This document shows, piece after piece, positions 38,596 through 52,519 of a stretch of DNA of 64,000 nucleotides (the first letter of the stretch is position 1; every line of letters starts with the position of its first letter). Under the pieces are notes generated by a model. The model was given only the letters and a program-made list of their open reading frames with translations. It was not told the DNA's origin and searched no databases. The translations under genes were made by a program, and so were the position numbers. This stretch comes from Callorhinchus milii (Eukaryota): positions 101,186,001 through 101,250,000 of the forward strand of contig NW_024704742.1 of NCBI RefSeq assembly GCF_018977255.1. Reading direction: 5' to 3'.

Positions 38596-40539
38596 TCCGG
38601 AACATTTGCAATGTGAAGGAAATAACAAAGCAGCTCCGTTCACTGTGCATGACAGTCAGGCCCATAAGAAGTTTCTTTTAGATAAAGGGAGTTCATTTAA
38701 GATGATGACTAAATATATATAAGTTCCCTATATATTTAAAATAGATTTCCTGTTTTTAAGTGTTGTTGAAAGGCCGCTATTTTTAGCAATTAGTAAAGTT
38801 AGACCTCACTATTGTTCTCTAAATATGGAGGGTCATGCCTTCAAACAGCAGAGGATTCCTGCATTGAATTGGTTTCCGTGTATGTCAAGCACACAGCTGA
38901 CCTCCAGTTGCAATGTCATTGCTATTTCTCCTCAATTTTCCCCCAGTGCCACCTGAAGATGTTGATCTATGCTAGTGCTTGGGCACTGCCCAGCCTCTAG
39001 AATATCACCCAAGTCATCTTTGTCTTTGTTTAAGTCAAGACAGAGTGGATTGATTACTTTAGGAAAAGTGATACAGACAAGCTGAGTCTGATTCTGTCGT
39101 CATAGACTTTCCAGAGATATCACTGGGGTGAAATTTGAGATTCTCCTGATATTGATCACATGGAATGAGGCTGATGGCCATCTCTGTTGATGTTATTCTC
39201 AGTGGAGATGTGGAAAGAGCCAGATCCCTGGTACTGGATGTCCAGTTTGTGGCCAGTTAGCAGGATACCAGCATTTTAGCAAAAAAAACTCAAACAATCC
39301 TTTATCCCTCTAATTTGACATTTCGGCGACATGATAAGGTGCTACAGCAATCAAATGTAAGTATTATTAACCAAAGTTCACAATTTTCAAGCCAGCAATC
39401 CAATGCTACAACTTTGCTTTGTGCACTTCACCAATTAGAACAGTGAGGGAGTGGGGAGTGGGTGGGAAAATAAGTGTTGGGTTCCACTTCTATTCGATGT
39501 GATGAATATCATTCACCCAAATAATAGAAAATCATATGCCTCGCTTGGGGAAACTGTGGTTGCCGAAACCCCACTGGTTCCCTCAGTATGGCATGCGATG
39601 GCTCAGCAACAACAACAACAAATCACATTTGTATAGCGCCTTTCACATCAGGAGAACGTCCCAAGATGCTGGCACAGATCAGGATTGAATCTGGGGTCCT
39701 CTCCTGATCTGTATGGGAAAAAACACAGTTAGTTTACCATTCACCTCTAACTGATATTTGTATTGAAAAAAAGGCTTAAAATCCCGCTAGCATTTTATTA
39801 TTTGGATGAATGCTGAATTTAGGTTATTTAACAACAATGACAGGAGTAAAAAGGCTGTTTGTTGCCAGCGCACAGGGAAATAATTCAAATGAGTCTCTGC
39901 AGCCAGAAAAGGAGACTAGCTGCAATAGTAACCATAATTAATTTGTACAGGCAGTAAGTACCAGCATTCACTGAGCAGTGAATTCAGCTTCATGCTTTCT
40001 CAATTTATTAGAGTGGTTCTAAGGGGTCCTGTAAAACCAAACATGTTCGCAATAAAAAATATATTTGTATTGTTTGTGAGCAGCCCAACAGTGCTGTTAT
40101 TTTTACACCTCCTCTTACTGTTTTAATTACAGAACTATGCGGTACAGAAAAAAACGCCTCTTTACAAAAAATGTATACTGTAACATGTACTGAGATAATT
40201 GCTGTGGAGGGTGGACACCCTAACACAAAACCATACAAATTTACATTTATATTTATACAGCGCCTTTCACATCAGGAAGACATCCAAGGTACAAAAGAAT
40301 ACTGGCCTGACAGCCAAGTTAATGCTGAAGCCAAGGGAGATTGGGAGGGTGGTGATGACTGAAAACATAGTCAGAGGTAGGTCTTGAGACAGACACAAGG
40401 TAGCAGAGCTAGTCACCCATGGTTGGACCAAACTGCAGAGCCCAGGGAGATGGCAACAGTGTCCTAAGGGAGGGCTCCAAGATATTGGATACTCCTGGCA
40501 GCAGGAGATTGTAACCAGATTGAAACTCATGATCGAGAG

Positions 40540-40978
40540 AAACATCCACGTCACACGTATCCCTGTAAGTTGTTGTGACTGTGTACTTGTAGGCGAATGC
40601 AAGAGCCAGTTTGCACACAGCAATGTTCCACAAACAGTTAACATGAAGTTAATAACCAATTGTATCTGAGTGATTTCTGGTCAGAATATGGAAAGAACCT
40701 CCCTTCTCTTTTTCAATATTACCACGGAAGCTTTAATGTCCACCTGACAGGCAGACAGGACCTTGCTTTAACATTTCATCTGAGGTTCGGCACCTCCGAC
40801 ACTGCAGATCTCCGCGAAACCACTTTATTCAGTAATAGCTGTGCGCAATTGATTGCCGCGTTTTATCCACAAAATCCACAGTCACTCCACTTTATATTAT
40901 ATTCTGTGAAGTGCTTTGAGACGTCTTGATGACGTGCTGAGGCGCTACATCAAATGCAAGGATTATTATTATTATTGT
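40540..40978. mobile_element. Back-to-back SINE fragments (old minus copy, then a plus 3' end)
   Basis: Reverse core ctttaatgtccacctgacaggcagacagg...cggcacctccgacactgcag, then gctgtgcgcaattgattgccgcg...aaatgcaaggattatt. Confidence 0.7.
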
Positions 40979-42150
40979 TTCAGCCCTGTGAGCCCAAACT
41001 GCAGAGAGTTTATCTGGTCCATGGGTGGAGTTATGTAACTTCATAGCCCATTGTTTTATACCTCAACTGACTCGGGCAAAGAGCTGCTAAGTAGCCTGAC
41101 ATCTCTAGAGCTGTGTTCCTTTATCATATGTTCAATTTATTTTCAATTAAACTCTTCATGTCTTACTGAGGATGGAAGTTAACACTATCTTAAACACCAC
41201 ATCCTACAACAATGCTAAATGGTAACTGTTAGTCACATACTTCAGGTAACAGGTTTTAAAATTGCATAAAATCTGAAATGAAACTAAGAAGAAACCTGGA
41301 CAACCTGGTAAGTACAGTGCTCGAACAGTGATCTATCAAACAATATCAAAGGTGCAGTACAATGAAAATTTTTCAATTAACTGAATTCAGTTGCTCATAT
41401 TCACACTGAATTGCAAGTCCCACTCGACCTGCAAGCACATGTATTTATAATATTTTCAGAATTGTATTTAATTGTTGATTGACAAAGGACCAAGCCTGGT
41501 GAATGTCCACATGTAACTCATTCACCACTAGGTTGGACTTACTGAAAAAAAACACATCTAATTCAGAAACAAGATGGTCGGGTTATTTCTGGTAGAATAA
41601 GATGAAATTTTGCAATAGATCCAAACTCCGTTTTGTCACCAAATCCAAACCTGACCTTAATCCCTGACTCCAGTTAACAATTACTCTTTAGCTTCCATGT
41701 ATATCTTGCTTATATCTAGGTCCAGTGCTATATGTAATCTGGGCTCAGCAAACTCATTGCATCCATGTTGATATCAATGGAGCTTCTTTGTTCTCACGGG
41801 TTGGCAACTCCACTGATAGTTGTACGTGTGCTTCTTAAAAATATGTACAGTAACTACATCTTCTTGCACTTTTTGCTGGTATAAACTTTGGCAAACATTA
41901 GGGGCCACTCATTATACAGAAGGGCAGACTCAAATAAATACTTCTGTTTTATACACAGCAACATGTAATTTATTGGTAAGACTGCTACCTATCACAGATA
42001 CTAAACATCACCATCATTAAATATGTCTCAATTAATGTTTCTCCATTGGCCAAGTGGGTAAAGGCACTATATGTTGCACCATACAGATTTATGCTGTATA
42101 TCAAGAAATATTCCATCAAGAAAAAACTAAAAACACACTACCGATCGAAC

Positions 42151-42472
42151 ATAATAATTATAATAATCCTTGCATTTGATATAGTGCTTTTGACGTTGGG
42201 AGGACGCCCCAAAGCGCTTCACAGAACACACTGTAAAGTGAATTGATTGTATATTTGTGGGCGAACGCGGCAGCCAATTGCGCACAGCAATGTCCCACAA
42301 ACAGTCGTGGATTGAAAATGACCAGTTTATTCTTATTGTTTTGTTTTTTTGGAGGGATTATTATTAGCCGTGTGGAGTAAGGAAACTTGCCCAAGGTTTC
42401 GCCCTGCCTGGAATTGAACTCAGGTCTCTCACTTGCAAAGCGAGTGCTCTAACCACTGAGCTACAGGACTCC
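42151..42472 (-). mobile_element. Young full-length tRNA SINE
   Basis: Complete family sequence ending ccactgagctacaggactcc. Confidence 0.94.
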
Positions 42473-43919
42473 ACAATCATGCACTTACCTAGAATTGTCC
42501 AAAGGTTCGGGGGGAGGGGGAGGTGGGGGGCGGGGGAGCACTTCTGGACCCAGAGCCATAGGTTGACCACCACTGACCTAGATGGTTGCCAGTTTTGAAT
42601 CTCAGTCTGTGCTGAGTTAGCTATAAATGACCATAGACACAGCTGGATTACAGAGGGGATAATGAGTCTGGGTTTCTGTTTGATTGTTATCTGCCTATTC
42701 AGGGAGACATTAAAGATTCCATGTCAGTAGTCAAAAAGAGAAGGGAATTTCTCCCATTGTCCAATATGCAACTGATCATTCAGTTTTTGACTATTTGTGG
42801 AATAATGCTGTACATAAATTAGCTGCAGTGTCAAAGTACAGTCTCTACACTTCACAGTAAACTGAAGTGCTTTGCGATGTTCTCCAATGTGAAAGATGCT
42901 GTATCAAATGCAAGCAAATTAATTATTATTGTCATTTAATTTCCTCTCCATTCACTAGACAGTAGATAGACTAAGGAGTAACGGATGGATTTGATTTTAG
43001 GCAAATATAAAGGTGTTAATATACTGGATCAGAAGCATGTGGCCTGATAATGTATGGAAGGAAAGGGTTTCGGGTGTAAGTGTGAAGCTTTAATTGGATG
43101 TGTCCAGTTGACATGAAACTGTTTGATAATAGTAATAATCCTTGCATTTGATAAGCGGCTTATCACGCCTTCAAGACATCTGAAAGTGCTTCACAGAATA
43201 TATTGTAAAGTGAATTCACTGGATATTTAGTGGCTGACAGGGTATGTATCTGAAGGCCACCTGACGATAACACGCTTTGGTCTAACATTTAGGCAGTTTG
43301 ACTCTGAAAGGATATTGCAGCATTGGAAGTTTAGCAAAGAACAACAAAGATAGTTATTGAAACTAAGGCTTTAAGCTATGAAGGCATATGGATAGGATTG
43401 AACTTGTTCTCACTAAAGGTTGAAAGGAGACACAATCCTGTCTGTTTCTTAAATTGCTGAGAGAAATGGACAATAAAAATGCAGATAGGTTGTTTATCTT
43501 GGATGGCGAGTGCAGATTTAGGAGAAATGAGCATAATGTTGTGTTTATAGTGCATGCTTGGTGACAAATCACTGCAATTGTGGAAGCCACCAAACAGTAT
43601 AAGCTGTTTCAGGCGATGCGTATGAATCACCCTGGAGCTCTGCTCCTCACGCTGCCACTTGTAACTGAGTCACCACTGTCAAAAACAGGTGGTTCAAAGT
43701 GATTCCCAACCATCCATAATAAACATAGCAGGAGTAACTCACACTGCTCTCTACCCCCACCCCTCTCCACTGGCTCCCACCCACTCGTTCTCCCTCTGAT
43801 TTATTTTCCAGCCAACTTGAAAGCAATGTGGAGCTGGTAGTAATATATTAATCTTCCCACTTCATTACTACCAGAATAAAAATAGTATAAAAAATTGTGT
43901 TTAGATAGCATCTTTCGTA

Positions 43920-44150
43920 TCAAAGCACATTACAGACATTGTACAGGACAGCAAGCAGGTAGAGTGGGGAGTGAGTAAGATGGAGATGAATGTAGGCATG
44001 GTTGAAGAAGTAGGATTTTAGAAGGCTTTTAAAGATGGATATAGGGGCCAAAGTAGAGTAGGGTCTAGAATAGTATAGTTGCTCCATCATTGATGGTGAG
44101 TGGAGAGGGTGAAGAACTTGAAGCAGATACTGAGCGGAGCTTGAAAGTAG
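43920..44150 (-). mobile_element. Degraded L2 3' fragment
   Basis: The minus ORF contains ISIFKSLLKSYFFNHAY, an L2 C-terminal motif. Confidence 0.55.
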
Positions 44151-46013
44151 GAATATTTTAATAAGTTTCAAGGTAAAAATAATGTTTCCCATCGAGAAGT
44201 GAATTTGTAGAATCAACTCACAGCAAAATCATCCTGCACTCAGATGAGAAAAAACCTGGATGAATATCAGTAAAATAAAATTTACACTTTATGCAGAAAT
44301 TTCAAAGCGCTTATCTGGCTAGTAACAGGATTGAAGCTGCTATGGATAAATACAGATTTAGATGATAAAACCTTTTGCAGAACAAGTTGAATCCTGAGTT
44401 ACTGGGATCTTGGAAACACCACAGATGTACAGAAGGCTATAAAATTAGGTTATTCGGGAGATTTGGGGCACTTACATTTGAAGGGAAAGAGGGAAACCTT
44501 TCTGAATGTTTCCTTTGCAGGTTAAAGGGGTCGAAGTTCCCGGAGAAAAGCGTTGCTAGAGTAAATTACCATTTGGTTGCGGATTTGGTCAGAGATTGTG
44601 TAGTATAATCAAATTCGGTGCATTGCATACTTTACTGAATGCAGCATGTGGCAAGTCAGTGGCTGCTGAGCCAATCAGGGGATCAGAACCAGCTCAACAA
44701 GCCCTTTAGTCATAACAACCAAAAAGAGGAGAGCGACTACGGCAGGTTAGAGAGCAGAGACATCAAGCAGATCTGGGAATGCCTGCCTCATTATATCACA
44801 AACATGGGCACATAGGGGGTGGGGCATTCTTAGACTCACAGACCCACACCTTGTAGAGTTCCGACCTCATTCAATGTGATGCATCTCAAAAACAGTCCTA
44901 ACCCCCAGCAAAGCCTGTGCAACTCATGCTGGTTTCCAGAGCAGAATAGTAACCCATCCTATGAGAAAGATGAGACAGTTTGGTGCAGTGTATTGATCTT
45001 TTATCAGAGCAAAGGTCAACATAAATAAGTCAGGACATGAACTATTATTGTGTTTTATTGGATGTCCAACAGTTTTAAGTTAAGCTAGCAGCCTCAAATC
45101 ATTAGCAGTTCAGTAGGCATATAAGCAAATGAAACACTGCTAGTGGTTGAGTGCAAAAGAACATAACAGATTAAGAGGTTTATCCAGACATATATCGAAG
45201 TTTAAGCCTCATTGGCCCCAATCCCACTAAACAGCATGATACCTACAGTAAATACATATATGACCACAAACGGACATTTGGAAAACTGTAAACACAAGCC
45301 CTGATCTGCTTAGCTGAAGGCAAATCTAGTTATAGATATACGTTCTTTGGTTACCTTAAATTAATTAAAGCATCTTAAAGAAAAGAAATAAGGTTACACT
45401 CTCACATACCAAAGTAAAACCCTGCAGGCCATTATTACAATCTAGACAAAGTTCAGCTAGTCCGTTTAAACAATGGGATCTACACTCTCAGGAAACCTTC
45501 TTCTAATGTAGGTGAGGGTCACCATCATCAGGTGGGCATTTGAAGTCATCATTTCTGGAAAGATCACTCAATTATAGACATGAGTCACACATGCCTGAGC
45601 ATGCTGCAGGGAAAATCAAGATTGACGGGCTTGTGGCATCTGTCTATCAGTTGTGCTTCAAGCTGTTGGCTAATGTTGCAATGCAGCTGCAGTAAAGCCT
45701 AAGAAGTGGAGGCACTACAGGAACGGCGATGTACCTTAAGCCATATAGTCCTTGCCAGCTGTTATTCAAAACATTTTGTACCAGCATCTCAGGGCCTAGC
45801 ATTCTTCAGAGTAATTTAAGAAGAATAGTCATGGCATTCACCTCAATGATGGTAAATATCTGGCTTGTCATGGCTGCATACAGCATTGTCTTTCTTTGTG
45901 CAGATGAAACATTGAAGTTAAAATTTCTACATGTGTTTATTTCCTAGTATCATCCTCTGCATTTTACTCCATTTCATTTACAGTTGAAGGCCACAACAAA
46001 CTCATCAGTTAAT

Positions 46014-46410
46014 AACAACAACAACAACTTGGATTAATATAGCACCCTCCACGCTGGACAGAGTCTCAGAGCGCTTCACAGTAATGGATCCCGAGGCCAA
46101 GCCTGGGGGAGGGAGAGGAAGGTGACCAAAGGCACAGTCGAAAAGAAAGGTCTTCAGCCAAGACCTGAAAATAGGAAGAGAGGAGACGAGGCGAAGGGAG
46201 TGAGGAAGGGAGTTCCAGAGCCTCAGGGCATAGTGGCTGAAGGCACGGCCGCCGAGGGTGGAGTGGAGGATTCGGGGGAAAAGGAGGAGGCCAGTCTCGG
46301 TGGAACAAAGGCAACGGGCATTGTTTTGAGAAGAGAGTAGGTCAGAGAGGGAGGGTTTGCAGAGGAGTGGAGGGATTTGAATACAAGGGTGAGGATCTTG
46401 AAAACTTGCA
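46014..46410 (-). mobile_element. L2 3' fragment
   Basis: GGRAFSHYALRLWNSLPHSLR...FRSWLKTFLFDCAF; reverse (caa)n tail. Confidence 0.9.
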
Positions 46411-47199
46411 TTGTTCTCCACTTGGAGGAGAAAAGTATAAAAGTGCTTTACAAAGAGAGCTGTTCACTTGCTTCAAACCTATCATAGAGAAGGAGGAACA
46501 GAAGGAGGAAATTCAGCCAATTAAGTCTGTTCCACTAGTTGACTACATCTTGCCAGATCTATAATCCCAATGCCCTAATCATTTACCATATCCTTTAATA
46601 CCTCTACTGCTCAAATAGCTAAGCATTTGTCAACAAATGCTTCTGGGTAGATGCTGTATGAATAATGTATTCTTCACTTTCTTTGGCCCTTAGCTGCAGT
46701 CTCTTGCTGCATCCTTGAGAAGAGTTGAAGATATTGCACAGAGCTAATATGAGCAGCTGCTTTGATAACTCCTGATCTGCTCCTGAGCTACATAAACCTA
46801 ATGCTATCGGTTCCTGGAAAAAGTTTCTGCGTAGTTTTGCTGCATTGTGCTTTTACAGGGTCTTCCAGGGCCTCACTGTATGGCATCTTAGCCTGCAGTA
46901 AACATTATGGACATAGCAATAGAAACAGAATTTAAGGAATCCAGGAACTTTCAAGAATTGCTCCTAGTTTAGACATGATGGGCCAAATGGCCTCCTTCTG
47001 TGCTGTAAATTTCTATGGTTGAAGGGCGCAGTATAAATGCAAGTTTTTGTTGTTGGTTCTGGGTTTAATTAAGGGTTTCAGTGCTGCTACCTTACATTGT
47101 TGCGGGGGTGGGCGTGGGGGCGAAAAAAGCAAGTTTGACTTTCCAATTGAATTAACACAGTGCATCACAAGTGCAATCCCCACATTAAAGGCCATACTC

Positions 47200-47486
47200 T
47201 AATAATAATAATAATAATAATCCTTGCATTTGATATAGCGCTTTTCACGTTGGGAGGACGTCCCAAAGCGCTTCACAGAACACACTGTAAAGTGAATTGA
47301 CTGTATATTTGTGGGCGAACGCGGCAGTCAATTGTGCACAGCAATGTCCCACAAACAGTCGTGGATTGAAAATGACCAATTTATTATTGTTTTGGGTTTT
47401 TGGAGGGATTATTATTAGGCGTGTGGCGTAAGGAAACTTTCCCAAGGTTTCACCCTGCCTGGAATTGAACTCAGGTCTCTCACTCT
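47200..47486 (-). mobile_element. Young SINE, 5'-truncated, with 9-bp TSD
   Basis: Family sequence; catactcta at 47193-47201 and 47487-47495. Confidence 0.93.
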
Positions 47487-48949
47487 CATACTCTATCAGC
47501 TTAACAGCAGAAAATTAATCCCCAAGTGAGTTAGATGTAATTCAACAATGAGCAAGTGAGGAAGACTCATTTTTTGGATCCCTTCTGACTAAATGAATAA
47601 GACTCACTTGCTGGACTCCATCCATGAGGGAGATTCACTTGAGAATGAGGGAGATTCACTTGTTGGTTTTATAGAGCTACAATATTTTATGAATACCCAC
47701 AACGTAGGACAGCCAAAGCTCAAATGTTCATTTAATCGCCACTCATCTGAGTAGATCAAAATAACTCTTAATAAGATGTGAAAGGCTTAGTTGATAAACA
47801 AGCTGTATTTCATACACTACGTACACATTGAAGCTGTGCATCTCATACAAGTCACACAAGTCATGTGCAGTGTGAAAATAACAGCATCTGAATTATTACT
47901 GTAAATTAATTTTGTCATCTTAAGTACAATTATAATCAGAAGTGTTACTGTAATCCGCTAATAACATTTTACTTTGGTATTTATATTTAATTATGTGATT
48001 TATGTGATTACTTCTGACACTGAAAAACACTTATATATAATCTCATTTTCTAATTAATACTGTAGCCAGTGGGCTTCAAAAGGATGGTTCACAATTGCAG
48101 TTTTGATAATTACTGACATCTTCCAGCTTCTAAAGGCTACTCTTCATTAAATGCCTCAAATGTTCACTGAAGTTGTGCTTTGCTGATCAAACCATTCCAG
48201 TACTGTAGCTCTTTGATAAACAATTCAATCTGCCATCATTCCAATTGGGTTTCTCCTTTCCAGCTAATGTTTTAATTTGAGTAGTACCTGGCAGCGTTTG
48301 ACGCCAAGCATGACACTGAGGACAGCAGGAATGCAGAGCCACTGGCAAAATCTAATTTGTCTGTGGAGGAGCAGTAGGGATTGCAACATAATAAAATTTA
48401 TATGCAACAGTTCTGGGTGAATTGCTAGCCCTCACATATCAATAATATTTTTCAATATATCAATAATAATCCTTACATTTGACATAGCACCTATCATGAA
48501 AGGAGGACGTCTCAAGATGCTTCATTGGATATACTGCAAAGTGTACCTTTGTAGGCAAACACGGGAACCAATTTGTATACAACATTGTCTCACAAACAGC
48601 CATAAAATGAATGATTAACCAATTTTATTTTATTTGTTGGCCAGGTCACTGTGAGAAACTGCCTTCTTATCTCACATAGTGCCATGGGATCTTTAATGTC
48701 CACCTGAACAGACAGGTGGGCAGATGAGCTGCCCTCACTGTTGTAATAGGCACCAGATGCTGCTGGGTATTGAGGATTTGCTACTGGAATTAAAATATTA
48801 GCTGGAAAAGAGAAACCCAATTGGAATGATGGCAGATTGAACAGTTCATTAACGAGCCACAGTATGATAATGGTTTAGAACCACAGAACATTAGAAATTT
48901 ACTGCAAAGAAGAAGGCTGTTTGACCCACTGTGTCCGTGTTGGCTCTTT

Positions 48950-49264
48950 TAGCTCAGTGGTTAGAGCACTCGCTTTGCAAGTGAGAGACCTGAGTTCAAT
49001 TCCAGGCAGGGCGAAACCTTGGGCAAGTTTCCTTACTCCACACACCTAATAATAATCCCTCCAAAAACCAAAACAATAATAAATTGGTCATTTTCAATCT
49101 ACGACTGTTTGTGGGACATTGCTGTGCGCAATTGGCTGCCGCGTTCGCCCACAAATATACAGTCAATTCACTTTACAGTGTGTTCTGTGAAGCGCTTTGG
49201 GACATCCTCCCGACGTGAAAAGCGCTATATCAAATGCAAGGATTATTATGATTATTATTATAAT
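48950..49264 (+). mobile_element. Young SINE (nearly full length) inserted in a CR1 tail
   Basis: tagctcagtggttagagcactcgctttgcaagtgagagacctgagttcaattcc...aaatgcaaggattatt; the flanks resemble a reverse CR1 3' UTR. Confidence 0.93.
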
Positions 49265-49889
49265 ACTCTCAGTTCCATTAGCTGCTCTATCCCCATATCC
49301 CTGTACAGCAAAGTACTACTATGAGCGACTGCTCATCTAAGTGGGTGAGTTGTCTGCTTCCCAGGGAACTGCACCTCCTAACATGAGCCACCACTTCAAG
49401 GAGAAAAGACCAAACAAACTTAGATCAAAATCCTCAACAAAGGATCAAACTGAATTATTATTTTTGAAGTCCTGGGATATTTTGATGAATGATACTCATG
49501 GAAGAAGCAGTATAACTAAAATTGTAATCTTGGGATTTATGGACCTGGACGTTTAAAATAAAAACTCCGTCATTGGTTTGAGATCATTTACTTTGAGATC
49601 ACCTGCTTCAAACCCACCCCTTATAATTCATGATATGCTGTCTACATGCTGGCCTGATATTGACCATCGATTCCGGAAACCTGTACGTGCTGCCATACAT
49701 TACTGGAAAAAAACATATATTTCAGAAAGGACAACTTTGAACACCAGGGAGTGATTGTAAAAAGACAGGACTGGCAACGCCACAATATCACACTGTTCAC
49801 CATTGAAATAACAATGTAGTCTAGCCCTCAGCTTGTAACACGGCAGTTATGTACTCCAGAGCACACTAGCCTCTTTTTATAACAGAGGA

Positions 49890-50095
49890 CTTATGCAATG
49901 CTATGTTTAAAACACTCCAGGACATCAAAGGGCAGAAGAGGCCCTCTATGGTGATGCATTTTGAACACCGTAGGGTATCTAACAGGAATAAAGGAGCTAA
50001 GTAATGTTACAGTTAACCTCCAGGGTATAGAATGGTAATGAAGAACCTATGTGATGTTATGATTTGAACACTCCAGAGTATCTTATGTAATGGCT
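49890..50095. repeat. Degenerate minisatellite (about 50-55 bp unit, about 4 copies)
   Basis: Recurrent tatg(t/c)(g/a)atg(c/t)tat...gaacactccagggtatc units. Confidence 0.55.
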
Positions 50096-50715
50096 CATGT
50101 GCACAAAAACATGTTTTTGGTCAGTGTTTGATTCCCATGGGTCGAGAGAAAGATTTTATGGTTTTATCCAGATGTAAAATAGTCATATCTCCCTCAACTA
50201 GAGTAAACACCTCTCTATGGCATGCAACCCCTTTCAATATAATAAAAGTCAATATACAAGTTCAACTAAGTTTCATTACAAAATCAACTTGAAATTTGAC
50301 ATAAGGATGTTTATTGGGAGCCACAAAGCCTAATTTGATTGAAAAATATTGTAGCTAATAATAATTATTGCATTTGGCAAAGCGCCTTTAATGTCAGAAG
50401 GATGTTTCAAAGCGCTTGACAGGATTTATGTAAAGTTTAGTGATTGCATTTTGAAGGCAAATGAGGCATCAATTGTGCACAGCAATGTTCCACAAACAAC
50501 CATGAAGTGAATTTTTATCAAAATTAAATGCATGTCACTCTTAAAAAAATAATCCTAGTCACAGATCTTTAAATGAATTTACAATCTGGGTCACTCCAGC
50601 TGATCAGAATTCTCATTCCGAATATATCCCAGATATAGCCGGCTCTAGGTTTTCTCATGTAACTCAAAATTAGTCCTACATTTTTAAATCTTAAGGGAAG
50701 ACTTATTGTTCTTTT

Positions 50716-50945
50716 GGTCAGCTGGGTCAACTTCATGCGGAACCCATCACCATGTTTAAGAATATCCAAACTAAACTGAGAGTTCAATGCATCCCACTTA
50801 TACATGAAAATTCCAAAGATATTTATTGGAATGGAACACATATTCTCACTTTGGAGGGATGCATCCTGCTTACCTAATTCCGGAGAGTATTAGGTGCAGG
50901 TTGGAAAGAGCCAAAGCTGGGTTACTGCTAGAATTTAACAGGTTA
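50716..50945 (+). repeat. Unclassified interspersed repeat, 5' part (resumes at about 51951-52070)
   Basis: Shares atcctgcttacctaattcc.ga.agtattaggt.caggttg..aagagccaa with the 58676 copy. Confidence 0.75.
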
Positions 50946-50974
50946 ATGCTGCATATCACTCCCCGTCACACCAG

Positions 50975-51950
50975 TCCTTTCAGGCTCCACTGGCCCGCAA
51001 TTTCTGAACGGATGAATTTTAAGATCCTATCACTTGTTTTCAAATCCTTTCATGCCCTCGGACCTCCCTATCTATTTGATTTGCTTAGCCCCTACTCCCC
51101 CACCCGCTGCCTCTGCTCAGCTGGCTCCCACCTCCTGTTCATCCCTTTCTCTCTCCGCTCCACCATCAGTGACTATGCCTTCAGCCACTACGCCCCAAAA
51201 CTCTGGAACTTCCCTCAATCCCTCCAGCTTCCCATTCCCCTTCCCGCCCCTCTTTCAAATCCCATCTAAAACCCTTCCTTTTTGATCGTGCTGATGGACG
51301 CCTCTCGCCTTCCACTCCCCCTGGCTGGTTGTCAGACTCCACCACTGTCAAGCACTCCGGGACGCTACCCTGAATGAAATAATAATCCCTCCAAACAAAA
51401 CAATAATAAATTGGTAATTTTCAATCCACGACTGTGGGACACTGCTGTGTGCAATTGGTTGCTGCGTCTCGCCCACAAATATACGGTCAATTCACTTTAC
51501 AGTCTATTCTGTGAAACGCTTTGAGACGGCGAGAAGACGTGAAAAGCGCTATATCAAATGCAAGGATTATTATTATTATATAAGGGCATTATATAAATGC
51601 AAGTTGGTGGTGTTGTTGCCTAGCTTGCCATTCTCTTCCCACAGCACTACCCGCTGCCTCCCTCTACTAGGTCTGGCCTCCTCCGCATCCCCCGAATCCT
51701 CCGCTCCACCATTGGCAGCCGTGCCTTCAGCCACCACGCCCCGAACCTTTGGTACTCCCTCCTTCAACCCCTTTGCCTCGCCCCCTCCTTCCCCATCTTC
51801 AAGTTGGACCTGAAGACCTTCCTTTTCGACCGCACTACGGTCACCATCCCACTCCCCCTGGCTCGGCCTTGGGCTCCACCATTGTTAAGCCCTCTGAGAT
51901 GCCGCCCAGCGTGGAGGTCGCTATATAAGTGCAAATTGTTGTTGTTGTTG
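50975..51950 (+). mobile_element. Two tandem L2 3' fragments with a SINE fragment (51380-51581)
   Basis: LHWPAISERMNFKILSLVFKSF...AFSHYAPKLWN; two L2 tails at about 51600 and 51940. Confidence 0.85.
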
Positions 51951-52269
51951 GCATTAAAAGCACTGTCAAACAAGCTTACCCACTGCTCATCCATTTAGGA
52001 ACACCCTATCTGCAAAGGCTTTGGCTTGCATGGTTCACAGGAGCTGAGTGGGCAGAATTCTCAGCTCCTTTCATTGTTACCATGGAAGCCTAATTTATTA
52101 AAGTAAAATACAAAATGAACCTCATTCAACACTTTCAAATACCAATTATTTGTTACCATAGTTCCAGTTTTTATTAAATACAGCAATGGAATCACATTTT
52201 ATAACACATAATGACGTGTTTTTTTTAAACAAATCAAAATCGATGGGGAAGAAATCCTGTCCATGTCTC

Positions 52270-52505
52270 ATTTTACGGAGAGATCAGAGATTGGAGAAGC
52301 TGGGTCTATTTTCATTAAACTGGTGGGCTGGGGAGGGAGTGTGGAATCTCATAGTATATACAAAATTATGAAGAGTTTTGACAGGGTAAATAGGGAGAAG
52401 TTATTTCCTTTGATAGTGGAGTCAATGATTAGGGGACATATTTATAAGAGAGCCACAAGAACAGTGAAAGAGAGCTTAGGAGGATTTTTTTCACCCAGAG
52501 TGTTA
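52270..52505 (+). mobile_element. CR1 fragment
   Basis: RLEKLGLFSL / YKIMKSFDRVNREKLFPL..RGH motifs. Confidence 0.8.
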
Positions 52506-52519
52506 TTGGGAGTGTTGTG

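Noticed and set aside
42489..42578. Minus-strand exon ending TAG|gtaagt with a G-quadruplex-like tract
   Set aside because: It begins with a hAT-like terminus (cagtggtggtcaacctatggctc) and has a weak acceptor; G-tracts alone are uninformative.
44660..44690. CCAAT box (agccaatcag) as a promoter
   Set aside because: An isolated motif with no CpG island or other support.
48950..49020. tRNA gene (Ala-TGC-like) here and in the other SINE heads
   Set aside because: There is no proper acceptor stem, and the sequence continues directly into the SINE body in multiple copies.
12166..49324. Recurrent ORFs MGKFPYST.LIIIPPK... as a small gene family
   Set aside because: These are translations of SINE copies with inconsistent frames and non-ATG starts.
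49890..50095. CRISPR-like array
   Set aside because: Vertebrate context, highly degenerate repeats, mutually related linkers and no cas genes.
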